Part shown: piece by piece, positions 1 to 9,305 of the stretch | Layout: every line of letters starts with the position of its first letter | How positions within the stretch are numbered: position 1 is the first letter of the stretch | Position numbers and translations under genes: made by a program | Sequence record: SRR31156797_617 | Reading direction: 5' to 3' (one strand) | Length of the DNA: 41,819 nucleotides | The notes under the pieces: model-generated | What the model saw: only the letters and a program-made list of their open reading frames with translations | Databases searched by the model: none | What the model was told of the DNA's origin: nothing

Positions 1-35
1 TTGGGGTAAAAAGTAGCTGAAAATCTATTTGTACT

Positions 36-43
36 TACTTTTG
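36..43 (+). promoter_or_regulatory. Bacteroidota -7 promoter element (TACTTTTG)
   Basis: Matches the TAnnTTTG consensus about 55 nt upstream of ATG 98. Confidence 0.5.
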
Positions 44-97
44 AGACAGTCTCTTAAATAAACAAATACTTTTTCTAATTGTACAAGACATGGTATA

Positions 98-1141
98 ATG
101 CAAAATCCAGATTACATATTAGTAGGTCAGGGCTTGGCCGGGTCAATATTGGCCTGGAAGTTAATTAATTTCGGAAAAAAGGTACTTGTAATCGATTCTG
201 CCCTCAAGCAAACTTCTTCCCAAGTAGCAGCGGGAATGTTTAATCCGCTTGTATTTCGTTGGCTAACCAAAAGCTGGCTTATTGATGAGTTGTTACCTAA
301 AATGCATGATGTCTATAAGGAAATGGAGGAGCAATTTCGACAACAATTCGTCTTTTATCGGCCCATCTTAAAGCTTTTAAATGAAGAAGAAAAAGCACAT
401 TGGGAAAAGAAACAAATTAAAGGAAAACTTGCACCATATTTGGATAAAATTCTAGATACACCGCCTTTTGAGGGCTTACATGAATATGCCGGTTTTGGAA
501 AGGTAAACAAAGGTGGTTTTGTAAAAACTGGTGAACTAATTCTTTCTATTCGACAATGGTTAGAAACCCGGGATGCATTTATTGAAGCTGATTTTAATTA
601 TGCTGAGTTGAAAATTAAACCGGATTCGGTACTATGGAAAAATATTGAAGCTCAAAAGATTGTATTTTGCGAAGGAGCGCAAGCTGTGAATAATCCATTA
701 TTTCCTGATGTAAAATATTATCTGACTGGGGGTGATATTCTTGAGTTAGAAATCGAGAATTTTCAAGAGGAGTATATTATCAACAAAAACCTTTTCTTGA
801 TGCCCCGGGGGAATCATCGCTATCTATGTGGGTCGACATACATTCATGTAGCGCTGCAATATCAACCTTCTGAAAAAGGTAAAGTTTATCTGGAAAAGGG
901 TCTGCAAAAGATTATAAATGCACCCTACAACATTATCAAACATCGCACAGCAGTTCGTCCAACTATCAAAGATCGCAGGCCGGTAATTGGTTTGCACCCA
1001 AAGTATAAACATGTTGGTTATTTTAACGGATTGGGTTCTAAAGGAGTAATGCTGGCACCTCACTTTGCACAGGAAATGCTTGATTTACTAGAAACCGGTT
1101 TGCTTCCACATTCGGAAGTTAGAATAGAGCGGTTTTATTAA
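98..1141 (+). CDS. FAD-dependent oxidoreductase, DAO/glycine oxidase family (resembles the MnmC oxidase domain)
   Basis: N-terminal GxGxxG (ILVGQGLAGS), SSQVAAG, C-terminal VRPTIKDRRPVIG and NGLGSKGV motifs. Confidence 0.85.
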   Translation: MQNPDYILVGQGLAGSILAWKLINFGKKVLVIDSALKQTSSQVAAGMFNPLVFRWLTKSWLIDELLPKMHDVYKEMEEQFRQQFVFYRPILKLLNEEEKAHWEKKQIKGKLAPYLDKILDTPPFEGLHEYAGFGKVNKGGFVKTGELILSIRQWLETRDAFIEADFNYAELKIKPDSVLWKNIEAQKIVFCEGAQAVNNPLFPDVKYYLTGGDILELEIENFQEEYIINKNLFLMPRGNHRYLCGSTYIHVALQYQPSEKGKVYLEKGLQKIINAPYNIIKHRTAVRPTIKDRRPVIGLHPKYKHVGYFNGLGSKGVMLAPHFAQEMLDLLETGLLPHSEVRIERFY

Positions 1142-1296
1142 ATCTATTAAAGTTGAAATTCAAGCTATCTCTATAGATATTCTTGTGGCGTTGCTATTTT
1201 AATAGAAATCAAAAAGAAGTAGTCGAATCCAGATTAAACAGAATTCCCCAAAAACAAATCCACTCGGGCATTGTTAGCTCCTAATAAAATCAAAGA

Positions 1297-2307
1297 ATGC
1301 CCAATTTTTGGAATGAAATAAAAAAGCCAGTTTTCATGCTGGCACCTATGGAGGATGTAACCGATACCGTTTTTCGTGAAATTGTGTTATCTGTTTCACA
1401 ACCTGATGTGTTAAAAGTACTTTTTACTGAATTTGCATCAACCGATGGCCTTTCAAGTTCTAAAGGTTATGATGCTGTAGCTCGCAGATTAGAGGTGAAT
1501 GCTACTGAAGAGCAAATTTTACGAGAGCAAGGGACAAAACTGGTCGTACAAATATGGGGTAACGACCCTGAGAAATACTATAAAACAGCCCAACACCTGG
1601 AAAGTCTTGGCCGCTTTGATGGTATTGATATCAATATGGGTTGCCCGGTTCCAAAAGTAGTAAAAAAAGGAAGCTGCTCAGCACTGATTAACACGCCACA
1701 ATTAGCCAAAGAGATAATTCAGGCTTGCCAGGAGGGGACTAATCTTCCGGTATCTGTTAAAACGCGCATAGGGTTCAAAGAGGTTGTTACAGAAGAATGG
1801 ATTAGTCATTTACTTGAAACGCCCATCAAAGCTTTGACGATTCATGGTCGCACTCAGAAAATGCAATCCAATGGCGAAGCAAATTGGGATGAGATTGGAA
1901 AAGCCGCGCAATTGTGTGATGCAAATGGTATAAATATTCCTGTGTTTGGCAATGGCGATGTGATGTCATACCGGCAAGGAATAGATTTGACTCAAAAGCA
2001 TGGTTTAAATGGGGTTATGGTCGGGCGCGGAATTTTCCATAATCCGTGGTTGTTTCGTTCTGATGATTTCATCCCAACACTTGAAGATAAACTCGCTTTA
2101 ATTATTCGGCATATTGAACTTTACGCTGCTACATGGGGCGAAGGTAAACGATTTGATACGCTCAAACGATTTTTTAAAATTTATATTAATGGTTTTCGAG
2201 GTGCGGCAGATCTCCGCAATAAGTTGATGCAAGCTACAAAACCTGAAGAGGCTATAAAACTTTTAGTCGAAGCTAAAAAGAATCATCTGGTCATTGCTGA
2301 TAGTTAA
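1297..2307 (+). CDS. dus: tRNA-dihydrouridine synthase (Dus family)
   Basis: LAPMEDVTD, DINMGCP, SVKTRIG, TIHGRT, NGDV and GVMVGRG motifs. Confidence 0.92.
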   Translation: MPNFWNEIKKPVFMLAPMEDVTDTVFREIVLSVSQPDVLKVLFTEFASTDGLSSSKGYDAVARRLEVNATEEQILREQGTKLVVQIWGNDPEKYYKTAQHLESLGRFDGIDINMGCPVPKVVKKGSCSALINTPQLAKEIIQACQEGTNLPVSVKTRIGFKEVVTEEWISHLLETPIKALTIHGRTQKMQSNGEANWDEIGKAAQLCDANGINIPVFGNGDVMSYRQGIDLTQKHGLNGVMVGRGIFHNPWLFRSDDFIPTLEDKLALIIRHIELYAATWGEGKRFDTLKRFFKIYINGFRGAADLRNKLMQATKPEEAIKLLVEAKKNHLVIADS

Positions 2308-2388
2308 TGTTTTAAAATTAATTAAGCAAATAAACAATACAATTAAATGAGCTGTTATGCTTGTAATATTTAACTAAAACTACTGTTA

Positions 2389-3081
2389 ATGAACCGTTTG
2401 TTAGTTCTACTTATTCTTTTCCTTTTTGCAATTTCCGGTCAAGGTCAATCATTTCACATTCGTTTTGACGATTCTGAACAAACCTTAAAAGACGAAACGG
2501 AGCTTGCTATTGTCCACGAAACCAACACTTTAATACAAGAGCATTTCTATATTCACAATCTATCTGATCACCCAATAGATATTACAGTTTTAAGGAACGA
2601 TTCTATTTTACCTGAAGGATTTCAATCCATGTTTTGTTTACATATTTGCTATACACCTGAAACCATTGAGGCCACAGAAACATTGGAGATTGGAGATAGT
2701 ATTTTTTTCACGGTTGATTTGTATCCTTATGATTTAACCGGAGAAGCATTAATAGAATACACTGTTACCAGTGACCCGGATATGGATACCATTCAATTTT
2801 TTGCGAATTTCGATGTTCGTCCTTTGGGGATAGTAGATCACAGCAACTCGAGATTGACAATTTACCCTAATCCTGCAGCAACAAGTATTCAAGTTATGGG
2901 CAATTATAAGGGCTCAAAGGAGTTATCTGTTTTTGATATTTCCGGAAAATTGGTTGCACATTTTAAATTAGCTGAAAATGAATCGCATTTTGACATTTCT
3001 AATTTGAAAAATGGAGTTTATATGATTCGGTTGATTTACGCTAATGGCAATATTTACAGCAAAAAACTGCTAAAAAAATAG
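2389..3081 (+). CDS. Secreted protein with T9SS type A C-terminal sorting domain
   Basis: Signal peptide; C-terminal IYPNPA...FDISGKLV...DISNLKNGVYMIRL...KKLLKK. Confidence 0.88.
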   Translation: MNRLLVLLILFLFAISGQGQSFHIRFDDSEQTLKDETELAIVHETNTLIQEHFYIHNLSDHPIDITVLRNDSILPEGFQSMFCLHICYTPETIEATETLEIGDSIFFTVDLYPYDLTGEALIEYTVTSDPDMDTIQFFANFDVRPLGIVDHSNSRLTIYPNPAATSIQVMGNYKGSKELSVFDISGKLVAHFKLAENESHFDISNLKNGVYMIRLIYANGNIYSKKLLKK

Positions 3082-3150
3082 ATTATCTGTTTTTTCTCAA
3101 CTTATTAGGGAAAGTCTTATCTTTAAAATTACAATTCTAAAATTGATATT

Positions 3151-3624
3151 ATGGAGCTTCGGGATGTTATCATAGTTGTCATTGTATTTATGTTCTTTAC
3201 AGTTGTAATTACACTTTTAAAAGGTCGTTCTAAAAGAAACATTGGATATGTGTCAATGACTTTTCATCAAATGTTTCATTTTAAAGTGGGTATTCTAAAA
3301 GTGGATGGTTCCAAAAAGTTCAGTATGGTAATTGAAAATAACAGTGATAAGGATATCATTATAAGCGATATGTTTCTTGAAATTAAAGAAGGTAATCGTT
3401 ATCAAAAATATGAATTACCGAAATCATCTTTTGACAATTCCAAAGAAATGGTAATCCCTTCTGCTAAGAGTGGTGCCGCATTTTTATCTATAAAAGAGTT
3501 TAAGCGTTTTTTCAAGGAGAGTGCTGTTTTCAAGGCCGTGGCAGTTGATAACACTGACAAAGCTTTCAAGTCTAAAATAATGACTTTTGATGTGGCTTCG
3601 GGTAAAGTTGAATTAAAAGGATAG
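3151..3624 (+). CDS. Hypothetical protein with N-terminal membrane anchor
   Basis: 157-aa ORF with one hydrophobic N-terminal helix; TATCTTTA promoter-like box upstream. Confidence 0.7.
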   Translation: MELRDVIIVVIVFMFFTVVITLLKGRSKRNIGYVSMTFHQMFHFKVGILKVDGSKKFSMVIENNSDKDIIISDMFLEIKEGNRYQKYELPKSSFDNSKEMVIPSAKSGAAFLSIKEFKRFFKESAVFKAVAVDNTDKAFKSKIMTFDVASGKVELKG

Positions 3625-3733
3625 CCTGTTTCATTTTCTTTTTCAATGACTTTGATTGTAAATACAAAAACATTTCGCAAATTTGCTATTAACAAACCTG
3701 GAGTGTTGTTAGTAACTTAAAAATCTACCTCAA

Positions 3734-6700
3734 ATGAAATATATTATACTTTTTGCAGCGCTATTCATTCAGATTATGGCTCAAGCAAACGATGAATGGA
3801 TGCGTTATGCTGCAATTTCACCTGACGGAAAAACAATTGTATTCACCCACAAAGGCGATTTGTATCTTGTGCCTGTGTCAGGTGGAGAAGCAAAACCATT
3901 GACATTTCACAAAGCCCATGATTTTGAACCTGTATGGAGTAATGATGGATCTAAAATCTGCTTTGCTTCTAACCGATTTGGTAATTTTGATTTATTTGTG
4001 ATTGATGTAAAAGGCGGCGAGGCCAAACGTTTGACTTATCATTCTAATAATGAGATCCCATACACATTCTCAAATGACGATAAGAACATCATTTTTGGTG
4101 GTAGTCGATTAGATGCTGCAAATCACAGGCAATATCCAACTGGTTCTCAACCTGAACTATATCAAGTAGCCGTTGAAGGTAGCATGATAAAACAGGTTTG
4201 GACTATTCCGGCTGAAGATGTGCAGGTTAGCAATGATGGTAGTTTTATGCTTTATCATGATAAGAAAGGCGGAGAGAACTATTTCCGTAAACATCATGTA
4301 TCTGCCATTACGCGGGATATCTGGAAATATAACAAAGCAACTGATAAGCATGAAATGATCATTTCATGGAAAGGAGAGGATCGCAATCCGGTAATTGCAC
4401 CTGACCAAAATACTGTTTACTTTTTAAGTGAAAGAAGCGGAAACTTTAATGTGCATAGTTTTAAATTAGATAATCCTAAAGAAGTTAGCCAGGTATCTGA
4501 TTTTAATCCACATCCGGTTCGTTATTTGAGTATCTCAAATGATGGATTACTTTGCTATACCTACAATGGGTCAATATATACACAGAAAGAAAATGAAGAA
4601 CCTGTAAAGGTGAATATTGAGGTTCGCACTGAAGCCAAAGAAAATCGTTTTCAAATGATTGGGATCAGTGGTAAAGTTTCTGAAATGGCTATTTCCCCAA
4701 GTGGAAAAGAAGTTGCTTATATTGTTAGAGGAGAGGTATTTGTGTCGTCTGTGAAAGGTGATATGCATAAACGTATAACCAATACTGCAGCTCCTGAAAG
4801 ATTTATTAGTTTTTCACCCGATGGGAAAAAGCTAATTTATGCGAGTGAACGCAATGCCAAATGGAGCATCTTTGAAACTTCAAAAGTAAATGAAGAAGAG
4901 CCTTATTTCTTTGTATCAACATTGCTTAAAGAGGAGCCAGTTTTAGAGAATGAGAATAATAATTACGAACCAGCTTATTCTCCTGATGGAAAGGAAATTG
5001 CATATACGGAAAATCGCAGATTTTTAAAAGTTTATAATATTGAAACCAAAGAAACCAGAACCCTGGTTGATGATAAAAAGCTTTTCTACATGAGCGAAGG
5101 AGATCAATACTACAAATGGAGTCCTGATAGTAAATGGTTGCTTGTGGAGTATTCACCCGTATTGGCCAATACAGAAGTATTGTTAGTGCATGCGCACGAG
5201 CAAGATTCAAGTATTAATCTTACTAAAAGTGGTTATGGTGATTATTCCCCAGAGTGGGCAAATGAAGGGAAACAGATTCTTTGGTTAAGTGATAGACATG
5301 GTTTACGCTCGTATGCCAATAGCGGATCACGACAAATGGATGTATATTCAATGTTTTTAACCAATAAAGCTTGGGAAGAGTTCAATTTAAGTAAAGATGA
5401 ATATGCATTGATGAAGGAGATTGAAAAGAAGAAGAAAAAAGAAGAAAAGGAACAGGAGAAAGATAAAAAGAAGAAGAAGAAAAAAAAAGACGATAAAGCA
5501 AAAGTTGATAGTTTGCTTGTGAAATTTGATTGGGAAGGACTCTCAGATCGTAAAAAGCGCCTTACAATTCATTCTTCAAAACTAGGGGATGCTGTTTTAT
5601 CAAAAGACGCTCAAAAACTATACTATTTGGCTCGCTTTGAGAAAAATATGAACCTGTGGGAGACAAATCTCCGAACCAAGGAAACTAAAATGATTGTGAG
5701 TTTGGGTGTACAATATGGAAGTTTGGAATGGGACAAAAAAATGAAAACGCTTTTCCTCTTGGCTGATGGAAAAATAAGTACTATTGATTTGGATAAGAAA
5801 TCTAAAAAAACTGTATCCTTAATGCCGAGAATGAGGTTAGATGTTGTGGCCGAGCGTCAGCAAATGTTTGATCATGTGTGGGAACGTAATAAAGGTATGT
5901 TCTATATTTCTAATTTTCATGGTGCTGATTGGGATATGTTGCGTGAAAACTATGAACCAAAATTAGCCTCACTTGGGAATGATTTTGAATTCGTTGAGCT
6001 GCTTTCTGAAATGTTGGGTGAATTAAATGTGTCACACAGTGGAGCCAGATATTATGCTAGCAGTTCAGATGATGATAATACCGCGTCATTGGGAATTTTT
6101 ATCGATTATAGTTATACGGGTGAAGGACTAAAAATTGATGAGATAATAAAAGGTGGGCCTTTAGACAAAGAAGATTTCAATGTTGAAAAAGGAATGGTAA
6201 TAACTGAAATTGATGGACAAAAAATATCCACAGACATCGATTTTGCTAGTTATTTAAATCATAAAGCTGGAAAATATACCGCGCTTACAGTCTTAAATCC
6301 TGACGAGGAATCATCAGAATATGTCACTATAAAGCCTATTTCATTGGGTGAGGAACGTGGCTTGTTATACAAACGCTGGGTTGAAAAGAATGAAGAGGAG
6401 GTTAAAAAATTAAGCAATGGCCAATTGGGTTATGTGCATATCCCGGGCATGAGTGATGGACCATATCGTAATACCTATGAAAAAGTGATGGGTAAATACT
6501 TCGAATGCGATGGTTTGATTGTCGATACACGTTTCAATGGAGGTGGTGATCTGGTTGGAGATTTGAGTATGTTCTTAACCGGCGAAAACTTTATGCAATA
6601 TGCCATTGAAGACAGAACCGTAGGCTATGAACCGGGTTTTAGATGGACAAAACCTTCTGTAGCGATGGTAAATGAAGCAAATTATAGCGATGGACATTGT

Positions 6701-6973
6701 TTCTCTTGTATGTATCAGGATCTTAAAATTGGTAAAATGATTGGCATGCCTGTTCCAGGTACTTGTAGCTTTGCTGGTTGGGAATTGCTACAAAATGATG
6801 ATTTATTGTGGGGATCAATTCCTGTAAGTGCCAAAAATAAAGCAGGTGAGTGGCTAGAGAATAATGAAACCGTGCCTGAAGTGCAAGTGAAAAATATGCC
6901 GGGCATCATAGACAATGGTCGCGATCAGCAATTAGAAAAAGCCGTTGAGGAGCTTTTAAAAATGACAAAATAA
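3734..6973 (+). CDS. Tricorn-like S41 family protease (PD40 beta-propellers, PDZ-like, S41 domains)
   Basis: Signal peptide, repeated SPDGK/WSPD PD40 motifs, LGELNVSH, DTRFNGGG, NYSDGH catalytic Ser region, DQQLEKAVE C-terminus. Confidence 0.92.
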   Translation: MKYIILFAALFIQIMAQANDEWMRYAAISPDGKTIVFTHKGDLYLVPVSGGEAKPLTFHKAHDFEPVWSNDGSKICFASNRFGNFDLFVIDVKGGEAKRLTYHSNNEIPYTFSNDDKNIIFGGSRLDAANHRQYPTGSQPELYQVAVEGSMIKQVWTIPAEDVQVSNDGSFMLYHDKKGGENYFRKHHVSAITRDIWKYNKATDKHEMIISWKGEDRNPVIAPDQNTVYFLSERSGNFNVHSFKLDNPKEVSQVSDFNPHPVRYLSISNDGLLCYTYNGSIYTQKENEEPVKVNIEVRTEAKENRFQMIGISGKVSEMAISPSGKEVAYIVRGEVFVSSVKGDMHKRITNTAAPERFISFSPDGKKLIYASERNAKWSIFETSKVNEEEPYFFVSTLLKEEPVLENENNNYEPAYSPDGKEIAYTENRRFLKVYNIETKETRTLVDDKKLFYMSEGDQYYKWSPDSKWLLVEYSPVLANTEVLLVHAHEQDSSINLTKSGYGDYSPEWANEGKQILWLSDRHGLRSYANSGSRQMDVYSMFLTNKAWEEFNLSKDEYALMKEIEKKKKKEEKEQEKDKKKKKKKKDDKAKVDSLLVKFDWEGLSDRKKRLTIHSSKLGDAVLSKDAQKLYYLARFEKNMNLWETNLRTKETKMIVSLGVQYGSLEWDKKMKTLFLLADGKISTIDLDKKSKKTVSLMPRMRLDVVAERQQMFDHVWERNKGMFYISNFHGADWDMLRENYEPKLASLGNDFEFVELLSEMLGELNVSHSGARYYASSSDDDNTASLGIFIDYSYTGEGLKIDEIIKGGPLDKEDFNVEKGMVITEIDGQKISTDIDFASYLNHKAGKYTALTVLNPDEESSEYVTIKPISLGEERGLLYKRWVEKNEEEVKKLSNGQLGYVHIPGMSDGPYRNTYEKVMGKYFECDGLIVDTRFNGGGDLVGDLSMFLTGENFMQYAIEDRTVGYEPGFRWTKPSVAMVNEANYSDGHCFSCMYQDLKIGKMIGMPVPGTCSFAGWELLQNDDLLWGSIPVSAKNKAGEWLENNETVPEVQVKNMPGIIDNGRDQQLEKAVEELLKMTK

Positions 6974-6990
6974 AATAGAACCATTAAGTA

Positions 6991-7005
6991 CTTCGACAAG
7001 CTCAG
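6991..7005. repeat. REP-like intergenic repeat core (CTTCGACAAGCTCAG)
   Basis: GC-richer motif just after a stop codon that I recall as the core of a widespread Bacteroidota intergenic repeat; only one copy in the window. Confidence 0.45.
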
Positions 7006-7056
7006 TATAAAAAGTTAAGATAGTTAATTCTCTATCTTCATGGTTTTTTAGCTTAA

Positions 7057-7533
7057 ATGATAACCTACACACCCATAGGAACCATCTACACTCCATTTGA
7101 AAGTATCGAAGGTATGCCCATACAATCAAAAGGAGCAGAAGGAATAGAAGGCAAAATAGTTTTGAATCCGGAGTATGTTCCGGCTTTAAAAGATCTGGAT
7201 GGATTCTCACACATTATATTGTTGTACCATTTTCATAAAGTTAATGGATATGAACTGCAAGCCAAACCGTTTTTAGATACTGAAAAACGCGGGATGTTTG
7301 CCATAAGGGCACCGAAGCGACCCAATCCCATTGGCATTTCCATTGTGAGACTTCTTTCTATTGATAGAAATATTTTACATTTTGAGAATGCAGATATGCT
7401 CAATGAAACGCCTTTATTGGATATAAAACCATATGTGCCGGATTTTGACATACATGAAAATGCAAAAGGTGGATGGACAATTAATCGAGCCGATAATTTA
7501 GATCAAATTAAGTCTGATGAAAGGTTCAAATAA
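7057..7533 (+). CDS. trmO: tRNA (t6A37)-N6-methyltransferase TrmO/TsaA family
   Basis: PIGTIYTPF, LDGFSHI, FAIRAPKRPNPIG and TPLLDIKPY motifs. Confidence 0.9.
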   Translation: MITYTPIGTIYTPFESIEGMPIQSKGAEGIEGKIVLNPEYVPALKDLDGFSHIILLYHFHKVNGYELQAKPFLDTEKRGMFAIRAPKRPNPIGISIVRLLSIDRNILHFENADMLNETPLLDIKPYVPDFDIHENAKGGWTINRADNLDQIKSDERFK

Positions 7534-7617
7534 TTTATAATTGACCATAAGCCGCTGAGATTTAGTTTTATAGTTGGATTAGTTTTCGTAACTTGTATCA
7601 ACTTTAATTACAGTCAA

Positions 7618-8004
7618 ATGGGTTCATCTGTCAAGGTTCTGCATTGGATACCACGAGTGATGTGCATGCTAGCTATTGTTTTCATTAGCTTGTTTGCTTT
7701 TGACGCTTTTGATCCTAAATATACATTTTGGCAACAAGTTGGAGCTTTTATTATTCACTTAATACCTTCTTTTATTCTAATAGCGCTGCTAATTTTGGCC
7801 TGGAGGTGGGAGTTAGTTGGAGGAATTATTTTTTCAATTATTGGTATTGCATTTAGCCCATTTATTTTCATTTGGAACTATGAAATGAATGAGTCAATCT
7901 GGATGAGTATTTCAATTATTTCAATGATTACGATTCCTTTTTTAGTAGTTGGCATTTTATTTATTGTAGATTATTACTCTAAAAAGAAACATAAAGAAAC
8001 GTAG
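7618..8004 (+). CDS. Small multi-pass membrane protein of unknown function
   Basis: Four hydrophobic segments; FISLFAFDAF and HLIPS motifs. Confidence 0.8.
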   Translation: MGSSVKVLHWIPRVMCMLAIVFISLFAFDAFDPKYTFWQQVGAFIIHLIPSFILIALLILAWRWELVGGIIFSIIGIAFSPFIFIWNYEMNESIWMSISIISMITIPFLVVGILFIVDYYSKKKHKET

Positions 8005-8045
8005 TCAAAATTCTGTTTACGTCTTTTCAAAACGGATCATTATCT

Positions 8046-8489
8046 TTGAGTAAAAAAGAAATGGAACTTTTGTCTTTCAAAGAATTTCCCCTTAAAGCAC
8101 ATGATAAGATTCGCTATGCCGATACAGATCGTCAGGGACATGTAAATAATGCTGTGTTTTCTACTTTCTTTGAAACCGGGAGAGCTGAGATGGTATACGA
8201 TGAAGAAATGCCAATAATAGAGAATGATTCCAGTTTTGTGATTGCATCAATGAAGGTCGATTATTTGCTGGAAATAAAGTGGCCCGGACAGGTGAATATT
8301 GGGACATGTGTAACACGTATTGGAAACAGTTCCATTTCGTTATATCAGCAATTGTATCAAGAAGAAAAATGTGTTGCAAAAGCGGAGACGGTAATTGTAC
8401 AGGTTGATGACCGAACCGCCAAAAGTAAACCGTTAAGCGCTGAAGTCAGAGAGATACTAAATAGTTGGTTACTTGATGTAAATAATTAA
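8046..8489 (+). CDS. Acyl-CoA thioesterase (4HBT/hotdog fold); start may be TTG 8046 or ATG 8061
   Basis: RYADTDRQGHVNNAVFSTFFETGR motif; IGNSS motif. Confidence 0.88.
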   Translation: MSKKEMELLSFKEFPLKAHDKIRYADTDRQGHVNNAVFSTFFETGRAEMVYDEEMPIIENDSSFVIASMKVDYLLEIKWPGQVNIGTCVTRIGNSSISLYQQLYQEEKCVAKAETVIVQVDDRTAKSKPLSAEVREILNSWLLDVNN

Positions 8490-8509
8490 TTCATTAAATA
8501 TTGTACAAT

Positions 8510-9304
8510 ATGAAACAAATTGTATTATTAATTCTTAACTCACTTTCTTTGATATTTGCATTGGTTTTCAATGGATTACAGGGTAGTAGTTTGTTTGGTG
8601 GAAAGTCAGTAGGTGAAATAAGTCGAAATTATGATACACTCATTGCACCTGCAGGTTATGCATTTGCTATTTGGGGCATTATTTACCTTATGTTGATACT
8701 ATTTGTGATATATCTATGGGTGGTTTGGTCTCAGAAACGACATGGTGATGATATAGTACGTATTAGTTTCTGGTTTGTTTTGGGTAATATTGCTAATGGA
8801 TTATGGATTGTAGCCTGGCTGAATGAGTATTTTGCTTTATCTGTGATATTAATATTTACAATATTGCTATCTCTAATAATGTTAACTATCAGGTTGCGAT
8901 TGGAAATATGGGATGCACCAATGCGAATAATCTTTTTTGTTTGGTGGCCCATTGTAATTTATTTGGGATGGATTGTGGTAGCTTCAGTAGCTAATGTAGC
9001 TGTATGGTTAGTGAGTACAGGTTGGGATGGTGGTTTTTTGACTCCTGTAACCTGGACCATCATAATGATTGGAGTAGCTACTGTTATTTATCTGATGCTC
9101 ATAAAAACACGTAACATGCGTGAGGCTGCTGCAGTTGGAATTTGGGCATTTGTAGCAATAGCAGTAAAGCACTGGGACAAAATTGACTCAATAGCCTATG
9201 CAGCATTGATTGCCTCTGGTATATTGTTTATTGCAATTTCGTTTCATGCATACTTGAACAGGAAAACATTACCTCATAATAAGTTGATTCGAAAAGAAAT
9301 ATAA
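8510..9304 (+). CDS. Trp-rich integral membrane protein (TspO/MBR-related)
   Basis: PAGYAFAIWGIIY and IYLGWIVVAS motifs; about 8 TM helices; ATG 8510 preferred to TTG 8501. Confidence 0.72.
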   Translation: MKQIVLLILNSLSLIFALVFNGLQGSSLFGGKSVGEISRNYDTLIAPAGYAFAIWGIIYLMLILFVIYLWVVWSQKRHGDDIVRISFWFVLGNIANGLWIVAWLNEYFALSVILIFTILLSLIMLTIRLRLEIWDAPMRIIFFVWWPIVIYLGWIVVASVANVAVWLVSTGWDGGFLTPVTWTIIMIGVATVIYLMLIKTRNMREAAAVGIWAFVAIAVKHWDKIDSIAYAALIASGILFIAISFHAYLNRKTLPHNKLIRKEI

Positions 9305-9305
9305 A

